NCBI GenBank assembly: GCA_977017645.1
Contig: OZ360230.1
Coordinates: 93,744,001-93,808,000 of the forward strand
Length of the DNA stretch: 64,000 nucleotides
Origin: Torpedo marmorata
Lineage: Eukaryota
Direction of reading: 5' to 3'
This document shows, piece by piece, positions 1-12,525 of this stretch; within the stretch, counting starts at the first letter, position 1; each line of letters begins with the position of its first letter. A program made the position numbers and the translations under genes. The notes beneath the pieces were generated by a model. The model was not told the DNA's origin. It saw only the letters and a list, made by a program, of their open reading frames with translations, and made no database searches.

Positions 1-82
1 AGACAGCCCTGAGCTGCCGCTGCTGCTGCAGCTGCCAGCAGTGTGTGACCCACTCGACTCGCCACATTGTTGGGTCCTCATG
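1..82 (-). CDS. Possible alternative first coding exon of a short ARHGEF4 isoform (MRTQQCGESSGSHTAGSCSSSGSSGLS..., runs off the window)
   Basis: ATG at 82 on the minus strand, open to the window edge, Ser/Gly-rich, in a locally CpG-rich non-repetitive patch (1-200) inside the ARHGEF4 intron. No donor visible in the window. Confidence 0.25.
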
Positions 83-1419
83 CAGAAAGGCAGCCTGAGA
101 GAAGGTTCGCCCTCTCCTCTATGCTAAGTCGGCGACAAGCCTGAGCTAAAGAAACGGCCCTTGTCGCAATCGGCCTTCAGTGTGGTACCTGCTACTTGCT
201 GTCTGATGACAGACTGACTGCAAATCCCTCAGTGAACACTAGCTGCATCAGTCTCACATACATACAGTGATGTCACAGGGGTCCATTGAAGGGGGCTCCT
301 TGCCTTCCCGTAGTATCAGCCCAGAAAACTGTGGATATGACCAGAATTTTTTTTGCACCAAACAAGTTTGTATTCCAGAACATTATTATTATGCATTATT
401 TTGTTTTTGTATTGGTATGCTTTCCTTTGTTATATGTTATCACAGATAATTATTTGTAGATTGATTAAAGGTGATTTTCTCCATCACCTTGTGTTCATTT
501 GCTGAGTATAAAATAATGCTTGCTTCATCTTATTTAGTATTTTAATCTGGTATGGTTATACAATAAACATTATTGCAGATGAACTATTCAATTAAATATC
601 GAAACACTCCTTCATATACTGTAAGTACCTGTCAATTGTATTACAATTTGGATTTTTCAAAGTTATGTGATCAACAATGTAACCCACAGCATGGAATGGG
701 ACGAATGCATCAAACTGCATTCAATGTTTTCCCAATGACAGATGTGCGCTAAATGATAATCATTTGAAGTCCTACCAATCTACATAACAGCTCCCAGATC
801 TTGAGGCAACTACTGTTCAGCAATCACAAATAAACAAGCAACACAACCCGTTAAGTTTGGTGTTTGTCCTTTTGGTTTGGAATGGGACAGTCCACGAGGA
901 AGCTCCAGAACTCTATTCTGATATTCTAAGTATCCAGACTGTGCTCAAAACATCAGAGCAAGGTTTGTGGAGAATTTAACCACAGAGGAACTCATTCAAT
1001 TGGTGCATCAGTGTTTCCTCTTCTCAAGAGGAGCAAGATAATTGTTATTTCCCAGAATGCTCCCCTTCCATTCCAGCTGACCTCCTTCATGTGCTGTCTT
1101 TTAATTTATCATTTCTAGACTTGATCTGTGTGGTGGTTATGGTCAACAATCTATCATGGGTAATATAGAAGGGTTCTTGTTCCCACCACCACTCTCTGTG
1201 TAAAAAACTTGCCCCATACATGACAATATGTATGCTTGTTCAGCCTTCCTCCTCTCTTGTTTCTCTCAGTCATTGGGGCTTTTACATGTCCTCTCCAGCC
1301 TTCCTCTCCTCCAGGGCAGCTATCTTATGTGTGACTGGTATTCAACGGTATTGGCAAGTGTGCCTTCTTTGATTTCTGCCAGTCATATAACAGCAACTGT
1401 CATAACTTGGGAATGCTGC

Positions 1420-1980
1420 CATTAAAGGATAGTGCGCAAAACATTGTTACAACTGTACAGGGTACTGCTGAGCCCACATTTGGAGCGTTGTGCATGGTTT
1501 TGGTCCTTCTATGTATTCTGGCAGCCCAAAAGAGATTCTCTTGGTTAATTCCTGGGATGACAAACAGTTAAAGAAATTAGAAGTATATTATTTGGAGCTT
1601 AGATAAATGAGAGGTAAGCTTCCTGAAACATAAGGTCCTGAGGAGGAATGGCAGGGTGGATGTTAATGTTTCCATTGGTGGAAGAATCTTCAATGTAAGG
1701 ACATGGCTTTAAAATTAGGGAAAGGTCATTTAAACCTGAGTTGTGTCAGAGCAGCTTCTCGCAGAGGGCGATGTAATTCTCTATCCCATAAAATTATGGA
1801 GGTTCGATCACTGGGGATATTTAAAGAGAAGTAGCCACATTTTTAATAGATTGGGAAGTTGAAAGCTATAGAGAATTGGCACAGAAGAGGAGATGAGGTC
1901 TGGAGCAGATCAGCCAGGATCATATTGAATGACATGGAAGGCTTGAGGAGCTGAGTGATCTGTACCTGCTACTATTTTCT
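1420..1980 (+). mobile_element. Degraded CR1 LINE 3' fragment
   Basis: LQLYRVLLSPHLERCAWFW-like remnant (CR1 LYKALVRPHLEYCVQFW) and a CR1-type 3' UTR. Confidence 0.75.
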
Positions 1981-2410
1981 TTTGGGCAAAGATCAGTCAA
2001 CTCACAGGAAGGATCTCCACTTTATTCAAGAAAATAATGGCAGCAAAACAGAAAATAGCAACAGTTAATAATGGCTGTATAGTATACTACTGTCTTGACA
2101 GAAGAATGAGAAAGAATGATGCATAATCTTCTCTAGAGGAGCAAAACAAATTTATTCATGGAGATGTAGGAAAGCCTAGGATTAGGTTGGACCATAGAGT
2201 TGCTTGGAAGATCCTAAGAATTAAGAGGATTCCCTGAAATATCTGTTCAACTTCTACTTAAGTGTTTCCAATTGCTGATGTCAAAAATATAGAGAGATGT
2301 AAATTCTGAAGAAGACATAAGTTACAAAGGATAGTTTTGGACCATGATCTAGAAATGGAGTAGAATGTGAAAAGATGTAAAATTGTCCATATTGCAAGAT
2401 ACAAATAGCA

Positions 2411-3211
2411 CTCAATATCAAAAATGGCGGCACTGCCGGAGCTGCTGTAACAGCAGCGCTGCCGCTGGTGTGGACCCAGGGAGAGCGGAGAGCAGAGACA
2501 CAGCACTGCTCCGAAGGGTTCAGCCACCCGGTCCTAATGCCGGCGGCTCCGTATAGGCCTTAAACTGTCTAAAAACGACAGCGTTTTTAAGAAAAATCCT
2601 GCAACCGCGAAATCTGTGCCCAAGATAGCAGTGCCTGTGTTTGGCAGCGACCTGGAGGGGTTGCAAACTCCGGGGAGCAGAAAACCAGAGCAGGGCTCCA
2701 GAAACAGGAGGAGCACCCTCCTTTGAGAAGGAGAAACAGAGGATACGACTCTACAAGACGATGACCACGGCAGTGGACCAGCGAAGGGCTCAGCGGCTGA
2801 AGGACCCACACAGACTGCGGCTGTTGTAGACTGACTCATGGGAACCAGGTATCGGAGCCGGGATTTAAGAGGGTGCTGAGGGCAAGAAGGGCTCCCGAGG
2901 GTCCTCGGGCATGAAGGCTTCCTGATTGTGTCGGAGGTTTGGACATGGAGCTCGGATTGCCGATGGATCGAACAGGAGGCTGTGCAGCTGCAGAGACTGC
3001 GGGAACGCTGTAGGCAAATCCACGGCCATTCAGTGACTCTGAAGGGACTCTCTTTTGCTTCTTTTTTTCTCTCTTACTGTCATGGACGCCGGGCAAAACT
3101 AATGGTAACTCTTTGTCTGCCTTACGGCAGGCAGAAGGCAATTTCATGTAGTATTACATGTTCTCTACTATAGGTATTACATGACAATAAAGGAATCTTG
3201 AATTTTGAATT
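2411..3211 (+). mobile_element. GC-rich non-coding non-autonomous retroposon with a LINE-type 3' stem-loop tail
   Basis: Sharp GC/CpG-rich block starting near aaaatggcgg and ending tgtctgcc-ttac-ggcaggca...gtattacatgacaataaaggaatcttgaattttgaa. It interrupts a CR1, and its tail is shared with the 5S SINE at 18024-18250. Confidence 0.65.
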
Positions 3212-3429
3212 TAAGTGGTGAGTTCTGAGATGCAGAGGGATCTGGTGTCCTTGTGCATGATTCACAAAAGGCTATTTCCTTAATTGGGAAAGATTAAGGA
3301 AGAATATAATGAATTCAAAGCAGATCTTTTCAGGTTTATTAGACTAATACCAAGAATGAGCAAGTTGTCACATGAGGAAAGGTTGGACAGGTTAGGCTTA
3401 AATTCACTGGAGTTTAGGAAAATAATGGA

Positions 3430-3700
3430 GACACAGTTGCACAGCCAGTAGAACTACTGCCTTATAAATCCTGCAACATGGGTTCAATTCTGTCCCTTGT
3501 GACAACGTGGGCTTTGTCCCACATCCCAAAGATGTGCTAATTAGTAGGTTAATTCAAAATTGTAAATGATCCCTCGTGTAGGTGACTGATGGGAAAATTA
3601 AGGAGTTGTAGATGGGCTCCCAGTGTGGATATGTGATGGATTGCAGAGGGCTCAAAACTGATGAGAATATGGGAATAGAAGGGACTCGATGGGTCATTGT
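3430..3700 (+). mobile_element. Degenerate tRNA-derived V-SINE (HE1-like)
   Basis: B-box-like gggttcaattc and V-domain core cccacatcccaaagatgtgc...gtaggttaatt. Confidence 0.55.
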
Positions 3701-5119
3701 GCCCGTCTTCATGGTGACTCAACTGAATTATATCAGATCCTGACAAGGTGGATGTGGAGAGGATGTTTCCTCGTTACAGAATCAAGAACTTGAGGTTATT
3801 GTTTAAATACAGATGCTTGCTCACTCAAGAGAGATGAACTGATATTTTTTTCTCTCTGAGGGTTATGAGTCTTCGTCAAAGGGCAGTGGAAGCAGAATCT
3901 CTGAATATTCTCAAGCCAGAGGCAGATTAATTCTGAATAAGCAAGAGGGTGAACATTAACCAGCAGTAGGCAGCAACGTAGGGTTGAAGTTACAATCAAA
4001 TTAATCATGATCTCATTAAATAGTGTGTGGGCTTGAGGACCCAAGCAGCCTGCTCCTGCTCCTATTCCATATATTCTGACTTAGGGAAAACAATGAAGAA
4101 GGTGAGCAAAGAAAGAAGCAACAACTAAAATGAAAACAAATGATTATTGTGGGGTCGGGTCAAGATAGAGAAGCCGAATAAAACAAAGACTGAGATAAGG
4201 AGGGAGGAAGATAGAGATGCAGACGATTGTTACATGAAGACTTGGGGAAACTTGAAACAAATGACGGATCAATGCTTAAACTGGCTGCCAAGTTTCCCTG
4301 ATAATATTATACTTTAATGTGGAAAGCAGGATCTGGGCCATTCCGACAGAATTTCAGTGGGCAGGGAGTGATTAATTTACTGTTTACAAGAGCTTAGCCA
4401 AATAAAAATGAATAAATCCCAGATCACTTCTAATAAGTAAGACAATTTCTAGCATCCTAGGTAATGTTCCTAAACTTCTGTTGTTGAAACAAATACTGTA
4501 TGTTGAATTTAATATGGTCCAGCACCCATTTGCCACAGAGAATGACGTGAACTGCAAGCAATGGAATGCAAGACCCTTTGATGGGCTCCTGATAGAAAAC
4601 AATGTTGAATTTAACTTCAATTGTTCATTATCTTTCAAATAAAGAAACAATGTGAAAGGTTTGAATTCCACCCCAAGCCTTTTCTAAGACTTCTTCTATT
4701 GTAGCTAGTCTACTGGTTTATTGATATTCTAGTGTACAGTTCATTCAACGTGAAGAACTGTTTACATATCTATATTGCTGAACTTTACAATTTGGCTGTG
4801 GGCCAGTTAAGGACATCCTGAGATTATAGGTGGCATTATGTGAATACCTTATATTTTTCATCCACACATGTAGGATGTTCTCACTGCACTCGAAACAAGA
4901 ATTTACAGTACCTGAAAAACAGAACATGAGGGAAGGGCCCCATTGTAAGAACGTGGCATAAAAGCAACTATGATGCCAAGGTGAGTAATCCTCATGATGA
5001 GCTGAAGTAAATATCCAGTAAACTGAGAAGATCACTTTCCAGACAAGTGGGTACTACTTGTTTAGAAACTGAAGTCAGAAGCTTCCATTAAGCAAAATGG
5101 ATCATTTACATTTCAGAGT

Positions 5120-7460
5120 TTAGCCATAGGGGATGGCATTTTGGAGCAGCTTGTTGATGAGCCCAACAGGGGATGGCTGTTCTGGATTGGGTGCTGTGTA
5201 ATGAACCAGAGGTGATTAGAGAGCTTAAGATAAAGGAACCCTTCGGAGGCAGTGATCATAATATGCTTGAGTTCACTTTAAAATTTGAAGTAAATTGGAG
5301 TAAAGGAAATTACAGTCGCATGAGAGAGGAACTGGCCAAAGTCGATTGGAAAAACACACTAATGGGGAAGAGAGCAGATCAGTAATGGCTGGAGTTTATG
5401 CATGAAATAAAGGAAGTGCAGGACAGGCACATACCAAGAAGAAACAAAATTGTGAATGGAGAAATGAGACAATTGTGGCTGATGGGGGAAGTTAAAGCCA
5501 AAGTAAAAGTAAAAGACAAGGAAGCAAAAATAAGTGGGAAGTTAGAGGACTGGGAAACTTTTAAAAACTTGGAGAAGACAACTAAGAAGATGATTAGGAA
5601 GGAAAAGATGAATTATGAAAGGTTAGCAAGTAATATCAAAGAGGATACTAAAAGATTTTTTAAATATATAAAGAGTAAAAGAGTAACCAAAGTAGACATA
5701 GGACCATTGGAAAATGACACTGAAGAAATTGTAATGGGAGACAAAGATATGGCAGAGGAAATGAATGAATATTTTGGATCAGTCTTGACTGTGAAAGACA
5801 TTAGTAGCATACCGGACTCTCGTGGCTCTCTCGGAAGAAGTGAGTGCGGTCAAGATCATGAGAGAGAAGGCACTTGGGAAGCGATATGGTCGAAGGGTAG
5901 ATAAGTCTCCCGAACCAGATGGAATGCACCCTCGGGTTCTGAAGGAGGTAGCTGTAGAGATTGTGGAGGCATTGGTAATAATCTTCCAAGAATCAATGGA
6001 TTTTGGCATGGTTCCAGTGTACTGGAGGATCGCGAATGTCACTCTGCTGTTTAAGAAGGGAGCGATGTAGCAGAAAGGAAATTATAGGCCTCTTAGCCTG
6101 ACGTCGGTGGTTGGGAAGCTGTTGGAGTCGATTGTCAAGGATGAGATTACAGAATACTTGGAGGTGCATGAAAAGATAGGCACAAGTCAACATGGTTTCC
6201 TTAAAGGAAAATCATGCCTGACAAACCTACTGCAATTTTTTGAAGAGATCACAAGTAGATAGACAGGGGAGATGCAGTGAATGTCGTGTATTTGGACTTT
6301 CAAAAGGCCTTCGACAAGGTGCCACAGATAAGGCTGCTAAACAAGATAAGAGCCCATGGAATTACAGGAAGGATACTAGCATGGGTAGAGCATTGGCTGG
6401 TCAGCATGAAACAGAGAGTGGGAATAAAGGGATCCTATTCTGGTTGGCTACCGGTTACCACTGGTGTTCCGCAGGGGTTGGTGTTGGGGCCACTTCTTTT
6501 TATGTTGTATATAAATGATGTTGATTATGGAATAGATGGCTTTGTTTCTAAATTTGCAGATGATACCAAAATAGGTGGTTTGGGAGGTGGTGCTGAGAAT
6601 ACTGAAAGGCTGCAGAGGGACTTGGATAGATTAGGAGAATGGACAAAGGTGACAGATGAAATACAATGTTTGGTAGAAGAAATAGATGGGCCGACTATTA
6701 TTTAGATGGGGAGAAAATTCAAAATTCGGAGGTGCAAAGGGACTTGGGAGTCCAAGTGCAGGATACCCTAAAGGTTGACCTCCAGGTTGAGTCAGTGGTG
6801 AAGAAGGCGAATGCAATGTTGGCATTCATTTCTAGAGGGATAGCATACAAGAGCAGGGATGTAATGTTGCGACTCTATAAAGCACTGGTGAGACCTCATT
6901 TGGAATACTGTGTACAGTTTTAGGCGCCATATTTGAGAAAAGATGAGCTGGTGTTGGAGAGGGTTCAGAGATTATTTACTAGAATGATACCAGAAATGAA
7001 AGGGTTAGTATATGAGGAATGATTGTCGGCTCTTGGACTGTAGACGTTGGAGTACAGATGGATGAGGGGGGACCTCATAGAGCCATTTCGAATGCTGAAA
7101 GGCCTGGACAGAGTAGATGTGGCAAGGATGCTTCCCATGGTAGGGATTCTAGGACAAGAGGGCATAATTTCAGGATAAAAGGGCATCAATTTAAAACAGG
7201 GATGTGGAAAAAATTCTTTAATCAGAAGGTCGTGGGTCTGTGGAACTTGTTACCACAGGCGACTGTGGAAGCAAGGTCCTTGGGTGTATTTAAGGCAGAG
7301 ATTGACAGGTATTTGATTAGTCAGGGCATCAAGGTTACAGGGAGAAAGCTGGGGAGTGGGGCTGAGGGGTGGATAGTTCAGCTCATGATTAGAATGGCAG
7401 AGCAGACTTGGTGGGCCAATGGGCCTACTTCTGCTCCTATATCTTGTGATCTTGTGATAA
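5120..7460 (+). mobile_element. 5'-truncated CR1 (HER1-like) LINE, ORF2 pseudogene (end of APE endonuclease plus RT) with 3' UTR
   Basis: GSDHN, KSPEPDGMHPRVLKE, YLDFQKAFDKV, GVPQG.VLGP, SKFADDTK, LYKALVRPHLEYCVQF split over several frames by stops and frameshifts; tail ctcctatatcttgtgatcttgtga. Confidence 0.95.
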
Positions 7461-7554
7461 CCAGCAAATAATTCTTTGCAACATGCTGTATTTACAGCTT
7501 GACTATTAAGTACAATTCTCAGAGTCCACCAAATAGTCCATTGATAATGCTTTG

Positions 7555-7880
7555 CCTAGGGTAGAACTGCTTTGTGTCTCCAGACACTGAGGTTCATTTC
7601 TGTCCTCTGGTACTGTCTTTGTGGAGGTTGCATGTTCTCCATATGGCCACATTTCATTTTCCTCTGGGTACTCCTCTTTCCTCCCACATCCCAAGCACTT
7701 AGCTTAACTTGCCAATGTAAATGGCCCCTAATCTCTACATGTATGGTAGAACCGGGGGATCTGATGGGATTGTGGGGTGGGAAATAAAAGAGGATTAGTG
7801 AAAAATTAGTGTAAATGGGTGTTGATAGTCAGCATGGACTCGGTGGATTGAAGAGCCTGATCCTGTGCTCTTCGGCTCTG
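7555..7880 (+). mobile_element. Degenerate V-SINE
   Basis: tgtggaggttgcatgttctcc...ttcctcccacatcccaag core and a CR1-like tail (catggactcggtggattgaagagcctg). Confidence 0.6.
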
Positions 7881-9559
7881 AGACATTTGAAGAGGAAATA
7901 AAAAAAATATCATCTATTGTATTTGATTAAAGGTTTCCTCCACCTGAACCAACGCAAGACCAAGGACCATTCATATTCAGGCATGTCATGGAGAGGCGCA
8001 TTGTTCAGTTATGTTTGGTTTGGACAATAAGTTAAATTTTGGAACTACTTGAACTAAGGATGCCCATACCTCAATGCTGCTCTGAATTTCTTTGGAGGAA
8101 AAGCAGAAATAGTTGTGATGATCTTTGAAGGGGCGAGAACACCTTTGGTGAATCTTTGCAGAGAACATGGAGGATCATTGTTGCAAAGAGAAGGAGCTGT
8201 TTAGCACAGGAGGAGGACCTGAGCCTCTTAACAGTCACTGAAAATTGTTCCTGTTCACCAAATAAATCAATCATCAATTTTATGAGGCTTGAAATTGGGG
8301 AAAAAAAATGAATTGGAAGAGGCAGAGGCAACAGGTATAATTTAATGTTCAATAACATTCTCAAACGGTGAAAAAGATTACAATAAATCTCAGTTTACAC
8401 TAGCAGTCCTTTCCCCATCACTTCTCTGTAACCTTGTAGAGGAATTCTATTGATGTTTTTAATAATTGTCATACTTGAGTTTATTCAATTTCTCACCAAA
8501 TAAACAAATGGTGAGAGTAGTGTTAGGCTGGAGCCCCAAGGTTGTATTCAGGAAGTAATGTACTGCCAGATGTTCTGTCTGAAACAAAGAACAGGTGAAG
8601 ATAGAAAATGCCATGTTCATGTGCTATGGCTAATGTTCATACCCACACCAGCATCACTAAAGTGGAGCTAATTAATACATAAGTGTTGCTGGTGGGACCT
8701 TGCAATATATAACTTTGTGCCACATTTAACTACATTTCCATCATGACTTAATTCCAACAAGTATTTCATTAGCTGCAAAGTGATTCCTGAGGTTGCAAAT
8801 ATACCACTTTATAGTGTAATTCTTCCCCCTCTTTGTTTCCCAAACTTTCCTTTCCAATCTTATTTCCTGTTGGTTCATTCTTTTCTATCTTCCTTTTCCT
8901 CGCCTCATCTTTCCTTTCCTTCCCTGCACCCTTTCCAACATTGCCTCCTAATTCCCTTCCACCTTTGTAGCTTCCTTTCGCTCTTTTGCTCGTCGCCTCG
9001 TTTCTTTCCCTCAATTTCTTTCCCCCTTCCCGACCAAGGAATGGAATGAGAGAAGGAAGAATCAGCTTTGCTTTCCAATTTCTATCTCTGAAGAGTTTGT
9101 ATGTGCTGGATTGTGGACCTCAGTTATAATTGGCTCATAGTTCAGCAATTAGATTTCCTTTATCTCCTGCTTTTGCCTGATGCCCATGGTTTGCTTATTC
9201 TCAGTATAACACATTGCAGCATTTTCCTCCATTAAAAGCTTGCAAGTTCATCTTGCTACAGTTGACAGGGCAGTGACTCCATTTTAATAGAAATTTTCAC
9301 AGAATAAACAGTAACTCATTAATAATCATTAATGTGACTAATTTCTGAGCAATCGAGCATTTTTTTTTTCTGAACATTGAAGCAGATTTCTTTGACGGCT
9401 GGCTGGAGATTTTGCAGTGAATCTCTGTAACTCTGTGTGCACATCATAAGGTGGCATCCTGTGTAGACCAAGTTGCTTGATGGGGTCACCGGAACAGGTA
9501 AATGAAACTGAGTGGGTTGTTTTATCTACTTTTATGCTAATTAATGTAATTCAGTATTT

Positions 9560-9900
9560 AAGAATATGAGAGACATTGATAGGGTAGATAGTCAAACTCT
9601 TTTCCCCATGGTAGAGGTATCAAAAATTAGAGGGCATAGGTTTAAGGTGAGAGGAAGGAGTTTTAAAGGTGTTCTGAGAGGTACATTTTTTTTTAACACA
9701 GAGTATGGTTGATAACTGGAATGTACTGCCAGAGGTGGTGGTAGAATCAGATTCAATCACTACATTTACGATTCACTTCAACAGACACACAAGACAGGGA
9801 AGGATACAGACCTAATGTGAGCAAATTGGATCAGTGTAAATGAGCAAAGCGGTCAGCATAGACATAGTGGGCTGAAAGATCAGCTTCTGTCACTCTTCGA
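9560..9900 (+). mobile_element. CR1 LINE 3' fragment
   Basis: gatagggtagatagtcaaactctttttcccc...agagggcataggtttaaggtgagagg (RGHRFKVRG) and 3' UTR. Confidence 0.8.
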
Positions 9901-11254
9901 GCTCACAGAATATGTTTTTAAATTTCAGAATTTTCAGATTTCGGATTGAAGTAGTATTCAGGTTTTACCTTTATAAGTTATATAAAAAAAATTTAAATGT
10001 ATTTCAACAATTCTGGACAATCCCAAATATCGCCATTTTGACAGGGGGGGGGGTTAGGGGATAAAGGACCTGTTATGGGGAGCTATCAGAAGGCCATGGA
10101 CAAGTGTCATGGGCAAGGCCTGTTTGTCGCTCATGCATCACTCAGAGTTGTGGAGTAGGTGAAGTAGCAAGGCCTGGAGAGCATTTTTCTTAAGAGCATG
10201 TGGGCAAAGCCAGCACTGAATACTCACTCCTAATTGGTATGAGGAAGCTTGATTCTTCCCGGTGTCTTCTTGGCCAAAATAATCTTAGACTGCTGTAATA
10301 AGACCTGGAGCCAAGTAGTCCTGGTAAAACTCAAAATGAGCATTGGTGAGTAAATATCGTTTGATACCAGTGTCAACCACTTTGCTGATGATTGAGACTT
10401 TTACCAATTACAGACATATAACATGTCACAGAAAGAAGCCATTTATCTCAAATAGTCCATGGTTTATGCTCCACCCGTTTTTCCCTCCACCGTTCCTCAT
10501 TTATATCTATCACCATAGATCACTTTTCCCCTGCCTCATGCTTGACCAGCATTCCCTGAAATACATTCATACTATTCACTTGAACTATTCTCCATAGCAG
10601 CAATTCCATATTCTGATCACTGTTTTGGGAAAAAAAAGTTGCTTCTGATTTACCAATTTGATTTGTTAGAAACTAAATATAGTTCAATTGACCACTGGCA
10701 GAATAAAATGACTGCAAAGCAATTCTGGAGAATCGAAGAGGCAATGAATGTGACGTACAGGAGGATAGGAACGAAGCAATGAAGTCAGAATCCATTAGTT
10801 TCCTGCTGACCATATTTGTCTATAGTACTCCATCTATAGGTTCAAAACTACATCACTTCCAATAAAATGTGTCTGAAAAACTGAGGCACAATTGCTCTCT
10901 TGAGCATACCGAATTTATCTCTCTATGCTCCCGAAACGGACACTCTACTGAGCTGTCATGAGAAGAGGTTTTCAGATAGCCAGAGGAATAGATTAAAAAT
11001 ATGCTCAAAGCTTCTTTGGAGAAATGCAACATCTTCCCCTAACTCTAGGGAATTTCCGGCACCTCACTTCTCAATGTGGAGGAGAAGCATTTGGGATGGT
11101 GTTAAGAATTTCGAGCCCATGCATCAGTGGCATACAGTGGCCCAGCAAAAGCAGCAGGAGTGCACCACCTCACAAACTACTGAACCGCTTGTCCCATCTG
11201 TGGAAGTGTCTAAGGTTTCCATAATGACATCAGAGTCTACAGAACCAGAGTGAA

Positions 11255-11804
11255 GTGAAACAAGAAAGTCTGCAGATGCTGTGATCGTAGTTAACACATA
11301 AAAGTGTTGGAGAAACTCAGCAGGTCTCGCAGCGTCCATAGGAGGCAAAGATATATAACCAATGTTTCGGGTCTGAGCCCTTCATCAAGGTATGAGCAAA
11401 AAGCAGGCAGGCACCTGAATTTAAAGGTGGGGGGAGGAGGGAAGAAGGGGCAGGGGGAGGAGTACAGGCAACAGCCAAGATGCTGTAGGTGGGCATGGAT
11501 AGGAGGGCAGCATGAAAAGCTGAGAATCGATCAGGGGAGGGGGTAGCTCTGTGAATGCAGAGCTGGAGGAAAGGAGAAAGGATAGGGAAGAGAGAGAGAG
11601 AGACAAGGGAAGGGGAGCTGGAGGAAAGGAGACCAGGACAGGGAGAGAGAAAGTCGGGGGGGGGGGGGGTGGGGAGAGGAGGTGGATAATGGAAACTGGA
11701 GGTCGATGTTGATGCCTTCTGGTTGGCAGGTGCCAGACGGAATGTGAAGTGTTGTTCCTCCAATTTGCAGTTGGTCTCAGTTTGGCAGTGCATGAGGCTG
11801 AGGC
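11255..11804 (-). mobile_element. Penelope-like element 3' fragment (GIY-YIG C-terminus plus pseudo-LTR with hammerhead-like motif)
   Basis: Minus ORF HCQTETNCKLEEQHFTFRL; pLTR motif cttgatgaagggctcagacccgaaac; flanking near-direct repeat accagagtg(c)aagt at 11244 and 11805. Confidence 0.8.
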
Positions 11805-12289
11805 ACCAGAGTGCAAGTAAGTCATCCTTAATCGTTAGGATTACTTAAGAAGATGGTTATTGTGAGTTAATAGGGAGTCACCAATCTCATAATGCTACTA
11901 TTCCTCTACCTCTTTAATACAGATTAAAATGTGTATTGGCCGTATCTGATAAAAATGAAACACACCCACTATGCAGTTGGTATTGTGTGAAAGAATTTTG
12001 CTTGCAAGGTTTTAATATTTCATATTAATATCAGCAACAAGACCAGCAAAATTAATAACCATTAGCTTTTTGTAAACCATTTTAGATGCTAAATTCATTC
12101 CACCAATCAAAAGCCAGCCCCTACACTCTGAACAAAAAACAACTTGAAATGTGACTCTACAATGTAAACTTGCCCTTCAAACTAATTTCCTTCACCATGA
12201 TGCATTGGTGAACTTCCTCTGACATTTCAGTCAAACCCTCATAGCTGTGGCCCGACGTCAACAAGGTATCCAGTGGGATTTTCCTCAGC

Positions 12290-12525
12290 TAGAGTTTCGT
12301 GAATCTGTGGAATTCATTGCCATGGACGGCTGTGGAAGCCAAGTCTTGGGTAGATTTAAAGTGGAGGTTTTTAGGCTTTTGATTAGTAAGAGCGTCAAAG
12401 TTTATGGGGAGAAAGCAGGAAATTGGGGTTGAAAGGTAGAATACATCGACCATGATTCGAATTGCAGAGTAGACTCAATGGCCAAATGGCCTAATTCTGC
12501 TCCTATCTTTTCTGGTCTTGTGTGT
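12290..12525 (+). mobile_element. CR1 LINE 3' end fragment
   Basis: Homologous to 7220-7460 (gtgaatctgtggaattcattgcc...cctaattctgctcctat). Confidence 0.8.

Larger units (their letters stand above)
2270..4080 (+). mobile_element. Old CR1 LINE fragment interrupted by a GC-rich element (2411-3211) and a V-SINE (3430-3700)
   Basis: CR1 RT C-terminal remnants (tagaatgtgaaaagatgtaaaattgtccat; gagatgcagagggatctggtgtccttgtgcatga; gacaaggtggatgtggagaggatgtttcc) resume collinearly on either side of each insertion; CR1 tail at ~4040-4080. Confidence 0.65.

Noticed and set aside
8769-9049. ORFs over a pyrimidine-rich tract
   Set aside because: Low-complexity sequence with no splice or homology support.
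9900-10340. Possible DNA transposon remnant
   Set aside because: No matching TIR pair or TSD could be identified.
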